Positions 31,260 through 39,148 of a stretch of DNA of 64,000 nucleotides are shown one piece after another (position 1 is the first letter of the stretch; each line of letters starts with the position of its first letter). This DNA comes from Microvirga sp. (lineage in GTDB: Bacteria; Pseudomonadota; Alphaproteobacteria; Rhizobiales; Beijerinckiaceae), in the NCBI GenBank assembly GCA_036562855.1, contig DATCJK010000008.1, positions 45,252 through 109,251 of the forward strand. The letters are read 5' to 3'. The notes under the pieces are model-generated. The model ran no database searches. It saw only the letters and a list, made by a program, of their open reading frames with translations, and was not told the origin of the DNA. A program made the translations under genes and the position numbers.

Positions 31260-33191
31260 TCACTTCGTGCCCCACGCGCCGAGGCGCGTCATGAGCGGGA
31301 AGGGATCCTGCGGCCGCTCGAACCGAGGCGGAATGCCAAGCAAGGGCGCCGCCCGTTCGATGATGTTCCCCGTGGTCGGGGCCGAGTTCCAGCCGGAGGT
31401 GGCGAAACCGTGGGTTTCGGGCAGACCCTGCGGTTCGTCAAGGATGGTGAGGAAAAGATACTTGGGCTTGTCCGATGGGGCGACGGCCATGAAGGTCGTC
31501 AGGAGCTTGTTCTTGGAGTAGCGCCCGCCGATCACCTTCTCGGCCGTTCCGGTCTTGCCGCCCACGTAGAAGCCCGGCACCGCCGCCTTCGTGGCGGAGC
31601 CCTTCTCGGCGTTGAGGCGCATCACATAGCGCATGGCCTCGCTGGTCTCGGGCCGGATCACCCGGGAGGCGACCGTCTTTGCCTCCTCCTCCGAGCGCTT
31701 GATGAAGGTCGGCGGGATGAGATAGCCGCCATTCATGAGCGACGCCGTCGCCATGACGGCCTGGAGGGGCGCCACCGCGATGCCGTGGCCGAACGCGATG
31801 GTCACCGTGTTGAGTTCGCCCCAGCGCGGCGGCACGATGGGCTCTGCGTTCTCGGGCAGCTCCGTCTTCAGCCGGTCGAGCTGGCCCATCTTCTTGAGGA
31901 AGGCCTTGTGCCCGTCGACGCCGACGCCGAGCGCCATGCGGGCGGTGCCGATATTGGAGGAGTGAATGAACACCTCCGGCACCGTCAGAACCCGATGCGT
32001 GCCGTGATAATCGCCGATGGTGAACTTGCCGTAGCGCAGGCCGGAGCGCGCATCGAGCATGGAGTTGATGTTGAACTTGCCGGAATCGAGCGCCATCGCC
32101 GTGGTGAGCGCCTTGAACGTGGAGCCCATCTCGTAGACGCCCACGTTGATCCGGTTGATGCGGTCCTTCTCCAGGGCGTCGACCGGGTTGTTGGGGTCGA
32201 AGTCGGGAAGGGACACGAGGGAGATGACCTCGCCCGTGTTCACGTCCACGATGGCGCCGGCGCCCGCCTTCGCCTTGAACTTCTCGATCGATTTCGAGAG
32301 CTCGTCCCGCATGATGTGCTGCACGCGCAGATCGATGGAGAGCTGGATGGGCTTGAGGTCGGCGGCGCTGATGTTGAAGCCGGCGCCGTTGAGGTCCTGC
32401 AGGCCCTGGCCGTCGATGTATTTCTCTATGCCGGCGATGCCCACGTTGTCGATGTTGGCGAAGCCTAGGATATGAGCCCCGGCCTGGGCGTTCGGGTAGA
32501 CGCGCTTGTTCTCCGGCAGGAAGCCCAGGCCCGGGATGCCGAGGCGGTGGACCTCGGCCTGCTGGCGCGGGGTGATCTCGCGCTTGACCCACACGAAGCC
32601 CTTCTTGGTGCCGAGCTTCTCGCGCAGGTCGCGCGCGTCGAGATCGGGCAGAACGGCGGTGAGGAGCTCGACCGCCTCGTCCTTGTCCACGATGTTGCGC
32701 GGCTCCGCGAAGACCGACACGACCCTCACGTCCGTCGCCAGGATCTCGCCGTTGCGGTCCACGATGTCGGGACGGGCGGCGGAGATCTCGGATGACGTGG
32801 CGCGGCGCACCTCGCTGCCGTGCTCCGTGCTGAGCGCCAGCATGGCGAGACGGCCGCCGATGATGGAGAAGAGGCTCGCAAAGCACAGGGCGACGAGACC
32901 CACGCGCGCCGTGCTCTTGTCGAGACGCAGGCGGAAGAGCTCGCGCAGGTGGCCGCCGATGGTGCGGCGCGCCGGGGCCGGCTGTGCCTCGACGGCCGTC
33001 GGCGGGAGCGGCCCGGGACTGTCGCGCCGCGCCTCGTCGTCGGTCCAGCCCGCCTCTTCCCACGGCGCGTCGGCGCGGGAGGCATCCTGGGGAGCGTCGG
33101 CGTGGGGATCGTAGGTCACCGGATTCACCGTTGCGTGGGAGTCGTCGAGGGTTGAGGCGGGACCGGACCGATCCAGGATGGTTGCGGGCAT
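31260..33191 (-). CDS. ftsI: Peptidoglycan D,D-transpeptidase FtsI (PBP3)
   Basis: Transpeptidase motifs STFK, SSN and KTGTA follow a single TM segment. I place the start at 33191, overlapping the ftsL stop (TGATG). This leaves an unusual acidic cytoplasmic N-terminus of about 105 aa. Confidence 0.9.
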   Translation of the reverse strand: MPATILDRSGPASTLDDSHATVNPVTYDPHADAPQDASRADAPWEEAGWTDDEARRDSPGPLPPTAVEAQPAPARRTIGGHLRELFRLRLDKSTARVGLVALCFASLFSIIGGRLAMLALSTEHGSEVRRATSSEISAARPDIVDRNGEILATDVRVVSVFAEPRNIVDKDEAVELLTAVLPDLDARDLREKLGTKKGFVWVKREITPRQQAEVHRLGIPGLGFLPENKRVYPNAQAGAHILGFANIDNVGIAGIEKYIDGQGLQDLNGAGFNISAADLKPIQLSIDLRVQHIMRDELSKSIEKFKAKAGAGAIVDVNTGEVISLVSLPDFDPNNPVDALEKDRINRINVGVYEMGSTFKALTTAMALDSGKFNINSMLDARSGLRYGKFTIGDYHGTHRVLTVPEVFIHSSNIGTARMALGVGVDGHKAFLKKMGQLDRLKTELPENAEPIVPPRWGELNTVTIAFGHGIAVAPLQAVMATASLMNGGYLIPPTFIKRSEEEAKTVASRVIRPETSEAMRYVMRLNAEKGSATKAAVPGFYVGGKTGTAEKVIGGRYSKNKLLTTFMAVAPSDKPKYLFLTILDEPQGLPETHGFATSGWNSAPTTGNIIERAAPLLGIPPRFERPQDPFPLMTRLGAWGTK

Positions 33192-33586
33192 CACCGTTTC
33201 GGCGTCTGGGTCGACGGCGTGCGGGCCTCGTTCGTCCGGTCCTTCGGCGTGGAGGTCGGCTCGAGAAGGCCGAGCGCCTCGAGCTTGCGCCCGATCCCAT
33301 CCTCCCGCGGAGGCTTGTTCGGCAGGTCGGAGAGACGGGCGAGCTGCTGCACGCTCATGGCCTGAAGATCGAGATGGCGCTCCACGGCGGCCTGAAGACG
33401 GTCCGGCCGGTTGAGATGCTGCCACTCGGCGCGCAGGACGGCGATGGCGTCCCGCTCGCGCTGCACCTTGGCCTTCGCCTTCGCGACCTGCTCGGCCTGG
33501 AAGAGCGTCTCGTACTTGATCGAATAGGCGTAGCCCGCCGACGCGATGAGCGCGGAGATCGCCACGATGTGGAGGAGCTTGATCAT
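33191..33586 (-). CDS. ftsL: Cell division protein FtsL (alphaproteobacterial type)
   Basis: 131 aa with an N-terminal TM segment (LLHIVAISALIASAGYAY) and then a coiled coil. Its position between rsmH and ftsI fits ftsL. Confidence 0.85.
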   Translation of the reverse strand: MIKLLHIVAISALIASAGYAYSIKYETLFQAEQVAKAKAKVQRERDAIAVLRAEWQHLNRPDRLQAAVERHLDLQAMSVQQLARLSDLPNKPPREDGIGRKLEALGLLEPTSTPKDRTNEARTPSTQTPKR

Positions 33587-33629
33587 CGGCCGTCCCCCAT
33601 GCGGTTCGTCGTGAGGCTGGAAGCGCTTT

Positions 33630-34667
33630 TCATCGACGTCCTCGCTTTTCCGCGGTGCGCGGCAGTTCGGCCAGCATCATCAGGGCGTCGAGCGGCTCCT
33701 GCGGCGGTGCCGCCGTGCGCGCGCCGGCCCTGAGCTTTGCGGAACGGGCGCGGGGATTGCGCGCCACCTCCGCATCCGAGGGACCGACAGGGCCGCGCGT
33801 CACCGCCTCGAAGCTCGGCTCGGCGGTCGCGGTGCTCGGCAGGTGGCGCGAGCCGCTCGCCGCGCGGCCGGTGCGCGTGGCGAAGAACTGCTTCACGATG
33901 CGGTCTTCAAGGGAGTGGAACGTGACGACGACGAGCCGCCCGCCGGGCTTGAGGACGCTCTCGGCCGCATGGAGCGCGCGCACCAGCTCGCCGAGTTCGT
34001 CGTTCACCGCGATCCGCAGGGCCTGGAAGGCTCGCGTGGCCGGATGCATGCCACCCGGCTCCTGCCGGATGAGCGAGGCCACGAGGTCGGCGAGCTGGCG
34101 GGTGGTGACGATGGGTTCGCGCCGGCGCGTTTCGATGATGGCGCGGGCGACTGCGCGGGCGCGGCGCTCCTCGCCGTAATGGTAGAAGATGTCGGCGAGC
34201 TCCGCCTCCGGCGCCTCGTTGACAATGTCGGCGGCGCTGCGTCCGTCGCGCTCCATGCGCATGTCGAGGGGGCCGTCGTTCCGGAAGGAGAAGCCGCGCT
34301 CGGCCTCGTCGAGCTGCATGGACGACACGCCGATATCGAGCACCACGCCGTCGACCGGCGCGCGCTCCGCGACAAGTGCGTCAAGGTCGCCGAAGCGGCC
34401 CGGAACCAAGGCCAGCCGTCGGCGCGAGGCGGCCACGAGCGCGGCTCCGGCCGCGATGGCATCCGGGTCGCGGTCGATGGCGATGACCTGATTGCTGCGG
34501 TGATGATCGAGAATGGCGCGCGTGTAGCCGCCGGCCCCGAAGGTGCCGTCCACGAAAACGCCGCCGCGTTTCGCGTCGAGGGCCTCGCAGACCTCCGCCA
34601 AGAGCACGGGGACGTGACGGGATGGTCCGCCAGCGGCTCCGGCGTTGCCGTCGCCGCGCCCCGTCAT
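33630..34667 (-). CDS. rsmH: 16S rRNA (cytosine1402-N4)-methyltransferase
   Basis: RsmH/MraW motifs ([33 protein letters not shown]). The ATG at 34667 overlaps the mraZ stop (ATGA). Confidence 0.94.
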   Translation of the reverse strand: MTGRGDGNAGAAGGPSRHVPVLLAEVCEALDAKRGGVFVDGTFGAGGYTRAILDHHRSNQVIAIDRDPDAIAAGAALVAASRRRLALVPGRFGDLDALVAERAPVDGVVLDIGVSSMQLDEAERGFSFRNDGPLDMRMERDGRSAADIVNEAPEAELADIFYHYGEERRARAVARAIIETRRREPIVTTRQLADLVASLIRQEPGGMHPATRAFQALRIAVNDELGELVRALHAAESVLKPGGRLVVVTFHSLEDRIVKQFFATRTGRAASGSRHLPSTATAEPSFEAVTRGPVGPSDAEVARNPRARSAKLRAGARTAAPPQEPLDALMMLAELPRTAEKRGRR

Positions 34668-35161
34668 CGCTCCCGCGCTCCTGGCGGAATGTCTTGCGAC
34701 GAACGCATGTCCAAACTCCGGGCGCCGAGACCCCGCTTCAAGTCTCTGACCTTCATGCGCGCCTCCTCCAAGTGCGCACGAAAAGCCTCCGGCTCCCAGA
34801 TCTGGAACTTGTGGCCGAGCCCGACGAACGCCACCGTGTCGGAAATCCCGGCATGCACTTTCACTGTATCCGTGAGGATGACGCGCCCCTCCGGATCGAC
34901 CTTCAGGATCTCGCTGGTGCCGAACAACGCCGTCGACAGTTGATCCCGCTCGTCCGAATAGGGCGACAGCGTCGACAAGAACGCATCGATCTCGGTCAGA
35001 AGCGTGTTCCCGCCCGCATCCAGGGCCGGCGCGTCGAGCGCCGGATGGACGTACAGGCCCTCGAACCCATCCCGGGCGAGGACCGCCCGGAAAGGTGCCG
35101 GGATCGAAACCCGACCCTTCGAGTCCAACCGGTTGGTGAAATTGGACACGAAGCGGTTCAT
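34664..35161 (-). CDS. mraZ: Transcriptional regulator MraZ
   Basis: 165 aa containing two SpoVT/AbrB-like DxxGR repeats ([19 protein letters not shown]). It is the first gene of the dcw cluster. Confidence 0.95.
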   Translation of the reverse strand: MNRFVSNFTNRLDSKGRVSIPAPFRAVLARDGFEGLYVHPALDAPALDAGGNTLLTEIDAFLSTLSPYSDERDQLSTALFGTSEILKVDPEGRVILTDTVKVHAGISDTVAFVGLGHKFQIWEPEAFRAHLEEARMKVRDLKRGLGARSLDMRSSQDIPPGARER

Positions 35162-35310
35162 GGCTCGCTGCCCGAGCGCTCCTGATTGTCAGCCCCCCGG
35201 CAGGCCCTTGCGGCCCGCCGTCTCCCGCCTCCGGCGACACCCCTCCTCGACGAACGGACGCCTCGCTGCTCCTGCAGCGTCCGACCGCCTCCTCGGAAAG
35301 CACCGTGAAC

Positions 35311-35335
35311 GGGATGATTTGGGATAACATGGGAC
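35311..35335. promoter_or_regulatory. Candidate MraZ operator: three GGGAY repeats spaced exactly 10 bp apart in the mraZ promoter region
   Basis: gggat (35311), gggat (35321) and gggac (35331), with a fourth gggac at 35356. The repeats overlap a putative TTGACG (35349..35344) / TTATCC (35327..35322) promoter on the minus strand. Confidence 0.4.
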
Positions 35336-35644
35336 AGTATGGTCGTCAACGGAATGGGACGGGCCGGACAGCCCTCTGCAGGTTGTCCCCATCAGAATTG
35401 CTTAGGGTTAATGAAGGGTAAGCAAGCTCCCGATTTCACGCGGTTTTGCGCGCCTGTCGCGGCTGTCCCACGCGCGGCCCACGGCCGCCCAAGGGCCACC
35501 GGCACGTCTGCCGAATTGGATGAGGGGTGTTGGTTCGACTCGCTATCGAGGCGGGCTTGCCAAGGCATGCCGCGGTCGACGAGTGAGGGTGTCAGCCGAC
35601 AAGCAATCGGCCGCGGCGGGCCATGCTCACGGCCGATGAACGAG

Positions 35645-36035
<391 letters not shown>

Positions 36036-36084
36036 GTGATGTGGGCCGAATGGGCGACCCGCGTCAAGGCGAACTCGATGGCAG

Positions 36085-36738
36085 TCAACCAGCCGATGCG
36101 ATGATCGTCTTCACCCGCGAGCAATAGGCCTGCGCATCCTTCGTCATGGTCTGCGCCCGGTGGCCGGCCTGGTAGCGCAGGATCGTGCCGCAGGTATCGC
36201 CGCCGGCAAGGCGGTAGGCCTGCGCGAGATACTTCAGGCCGAAGCGCAGGTTGGTCTCGGGGTCGAACAATCCGGCGACCGGGCCCGCGTAACCGAGCGA
36301 CTGCGCGGTGCGCGTGTTGATCTGGGTGAGGCCCACATTCGGGCCGTTGCGGGCATCCGCATTGTAGCGGCTCTCGATCCGCACCACCGCATCGGCGAGC
36401 GCGAAGGGGATGCCGTGCTCCGAGGCATAGCGGGCGATCACGGGCTTCAGACCGGCGGCCCGGACCGCATCCTGCGCGACGCCAGGGGAACGGCGCGACA
36501 CGACGCGCTCCTGAGCCGGTCCGATCCGCTCCTGGCTCTTCTGGGTCTCGGCCGCGTCAGCCACGGTCTCCTCCGCTGCCGGAGCCGCCGGCTCGGCCGA
36601 GGCGACCTCCACGGTTGGGGCCGCGCGGTACACGCTGCTCTCGTCACCACCTTCCGCCCGGGCCTGACTCGCCAGCGCCAGGGCAATCGTTGCCGCGCCA
36701 GCGACCAGCATGGTCCTCAGAAGGTGCTGCCAAGTCAT
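36085..36738 (-). CDS. Lytic transglycosylase domain protein (SLT family), exported
   Basis: Signal peptide (MTWQHLLRTMLVAGAATIALALASQARA), a Pro/Ala/Glu linker, and a C-terminal SLT core (VVRIESRYNADA...GLTQIN...YL). I chose the start at 36738. Confidence 0.85.
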   Translation of the reverse strand: MTWQHLLRTMLVAGAATIALALASQARAEGGDESSVYRAAPTVEVASAEPAAPAAEETVADAAETQKSQERIGPAQERVVSRRSPGVAQDAVRAAGLKPVIARYASEHGIPFALADAVVRIESRYNADARNGPNVGLTQINTRTAQSLGYAGPVAGLFDPETNLRFGLKYLAQAYRLAGGDTCGTILRYQAGHRAQTMTKDAQAYCSRVKTIIASAG

Positions 36739-37051
36739 ACGCGGTCTCCGTTCTTGGTTCTTTTGAGAAGAGCGTGGTGGGTGGTGGCCAATTGGGGCCA
36801 AGATGTGGCAAGCGCCGAATTGTGACCGTATTCCAAAACGCTGCTCTAGCGCGGCTGTTGGCAGTAGCCGCCTCGTTCCTCTGCGTCAACGTCTTGGAAT
36901 TCCAGGGATCTGCGACAGCTCGGCGATTTCTATGCTGATCGCCCGACCGGTAGCTGGGAACCGTTGCGCTGCCCGGGAGTTGGCGAATTCGTAAGGTCAA
37001 GCTATGGGAGCGACGTCGTCCATCGCCCCTGCAACACAGAGGAACTCCCCG

Positions 37052-37327
37052 ATGAAGAAGATGATCACCGCGATCGCCGCCGGCGCTCTGACGCTCTCCA
37101 TGGCTGCCTGCAACACTCCCGGCGAGCGTGCCGTCGGCGGCGCCGCCATCGGCGGTCTGGCTGGCGCTGCCATCGGCGGCGCGGCCACCGGCCGGGCGGG
37201 CGGAGCGCTCGCCGGCGCTGCCATCGGCGCGGCGGGCGGCGCGATCGTCGGCGCTTCGACGGCTCCGGCGAACCGCTGCCCCTATGGGGTCTACCAGGAC
37301 GCCGTCGGCAACATCTACTGCCGCTAA
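37052..37327 (+). CDS. Glycine-zipper lipoprotein (17-kDa surface antigen-like)
   Basis: Lipobox LSMAAC, then GxxxG-rich repeats (GGAAIGGLAGAAIGGAATG...). I chose the start at 37052 (MKKMITAIAAG). Confidence 0.8.
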   Translation: MKKMITAIAAGALTLSMAACNTPGERAVGGAAIGGLAGAAIGGAATGRAGGALAGAAIGAAGGAIVGASTAPANRCPYGVYQDAVGNIYCR

Positions 37328-37345
37328 GGAACGTCCGTTCGATCA

Positions 37346-37377
37346 GGGCCGGAGCGCTGCTCCGGCCCTTTTCTTTT
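37346..37377 (+). terminator. Rho-independent terminator after the lipoprotein gene
   Basis: A 10-bp stem (gggccggagc / gctccggccc) with a 3-nt loop, followed by ttttctttt. Confidence 0.8.
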
Positions 37378-37476
37378 GCGCGGGTTTCCCGCTACCACTG
37401 ACGGCATGAATGTTTCGAACTGGGGAAAGCTTGGTCGCATCCGCATGGCCAAGCATCCGATGACGGCGTCGCCTCC

Positions 37477-38202
37477 ATGAATTACTCGATTTGGGGGAAG
37501 CTCGGCGGAGCGGGCCTCGGGCTGGCGCTCGGCGGGCCCATCGGGGGCCTGCTCGGGGGCTTGGCCGGGCATGTGCTCGTCGACCGCGAGGGCGCGCCCT
37601 TCGGTCCACCTCCCCGCGATCTCATCTTCACGACGGGCCTCGTGGCGCTCGCCGCCAAGATGGCGAAGTCCGACGGCGTCGTGGTGACCCACGAGGTCGA
37701 AGCCTTCGAGCGCGTGGTGGACGTGCCGGACAGCGAGCATGATCGCGTGAAGCGCCTGTTCGATCTCGCCAAGCAGACGACCGACGGCTTCGAGGCCTAT
37801 GCGCGCCAGCTCGGCGATGCCTTCAAGGACGAGCCGAAACTCCTGGAGGACGTGCTCGACGGCCTCTTCCACATCGCCAAGGCGGACGGCGCGGTGCACG
37901 AGGCGGAGTATGCCTATTGCCACGCGGTCGCCGACGCCTTCGGCTTCTCGGCGCACGATTTCGAGCGCGTCGCCGCCCGCCACGTGCGGCGCCCGGACGA
38001 TCCGTACCTCATCCTCGACGCGGATCGCTCGCTGTCGAACGAGGAGCTGAAGCGCCACTACCGCAGAACCGTGGCCGAGAACCACCCGGACCGCGAGATC
38101 GCCCGCGGCCTGCCGCCGGAAGCCGTGAAGATCGCGACCGAGCGGCTTGCGGTCATCAACGCGGCCTGGGAGCGGATCGCCAAGGAGCGGGGCATCACCT
38201 GA
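37477..38202 (+). CDS. djlA: DjlA-like co-chaperone (TerB-like domain plus C-terminal J domain)
   Basis: Gly-rich hydrophobic N-terminus, a TerB-type middle region (AKMAKSDGVV...IAKADGAVHEAE), and a C-terminal J domain that includes the HPD motif (YRRTVAENHPDR). Confidence 0.8.
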   Translation: MNYSIWGKLGGAGLGLALGGPIGGLLGGLAGHVLVDREGAPFGPPPRDLIFTTGLVALAAKMAKSDGVVVTHEVEAFERVVDVPDSEHDRVKRLFDLAKQTTDGFEAYARQLGDAFKDEPKLLEDVLDGLFHIAKADGAVHEAEYAYCHAVADAFGFSAHDFERVAARHVRRPDDPYLILDADRSLSNEELKRHYRRTVAENHPDREIARGLPPEAVKIATERLAVINAAWERIAKERGIT

Positions 38203-38256
38203 GCCGATGAGCGCCCGCACCCTCCCCCCTCCCCGGCTCGGCCGATCCGAGGCCCC

Positions 38257-39024
38257 ATGAGCGAGCGCCTGACGCCCGAGAGCCCCGTCGCCGCCAAGGT
38301 GTTCCCCTCCCCCAACCACGGGGAGCGCAAGGACGGCCGCCGCCCCGACATCCTGGTCCTGCACTACACGGGCATGCCGGACGAGGGCGAGGCCCTGCAA
38401 TGGCTGGCGAACCCGGTCTCGCAGGTCTCCGCCCATTACTTCGTGTTCGAGGACGGGCGCGTCCTCCAGATGGTGCCGGAGGCCCGCCGCGCCTGGCATG
38501 CGGGCGTATCCTCCTGGGATGGGGAGGGCGACATCAATTCCTCGTCCATCGGCATAGAGATCGCCAATCCGGGCCATCCCGGGGGCCTGCCGCCCTTCGG
38601 CGAGGCGCAGATCGAGGCCGTGATCGCGCTCTGCCGCGACATCGCCGACAGATGGCGCATCCAGCCCAACCGCATCCTCGCCCATTCGGACGTGGCGCCG
38701 GGCCGCAAGCTCGACCCGGGCGAACTCTTCCCCTGGGAGCGGCTTCACCGGGCCGGCGTCGGCCATTGGGTGAAGCCGGCCGCGATCCGCGATGGACGCT
38801 TCTTTTCCCGCGGCGATCAGGGCATGCCCGTGGAAGCGCTCCAGGCGATGCTTGCCATGTACGGCTACGGGCTCAAGATCACGGGCACCTTCGACGAGGA
38901 CACCGAGAAGGTGGTGGCCGCCTTCCAGCGGCACTTCCGCCCCGAGCGCGTCGACGGCGTCGCCGACGCCTCCACCATCACGACCCTGCGCGACCTGATC
39001 GCGACGAAGCCGGCCGCCGCCTGA
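38257..39024 (+). CDS. N-acetylmuramoyl-L-alanine amidase (Amidase_2/AmpD-type) with a C-terminal peptidoglycan-binding domain
   Basis: Motifs LVLHYTGM, AWHAG, IGIEIAN and HSDVAPGRKLDPG, followed by a PG_binding_1-like tail (VEALQAMLAMYGY...TGTFDEDT). Confidence 0.88.
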   Translation: MSERLTPESPVAAKVFPSPNHGERKDGRRPDILVLHYTGMPDEGEALQWLANPVSQVSAHYFVFEDGRVLQMVPEARRAWHAGVSSWDGEGDINSSSIGIEIANPGHPGGLPPFGEAQIEAVIALCRDIADRWRIQPNRILAHSDVAPGRKLDPGELFPWERLHRAGVGHWVKPAAIRDGRFFSRGDQGMPVEALQAMLAMYGYGLKITGTFDEDTEKVVAAFQRHFRPERVDGVADASTITTLRDLIATKPAAA

Positions 39025-39148
39025 GCGCGACGACGCCGGCCCCGCACGCGGCGGACCTGCTGTCGCATGACAAAGAGTTAACTCGCCCCCTCACGGCAAA
39101 TCCGTCACACTCTCCCATCGTCAGACCGCTTTCAGCGCGAGGGATCGG

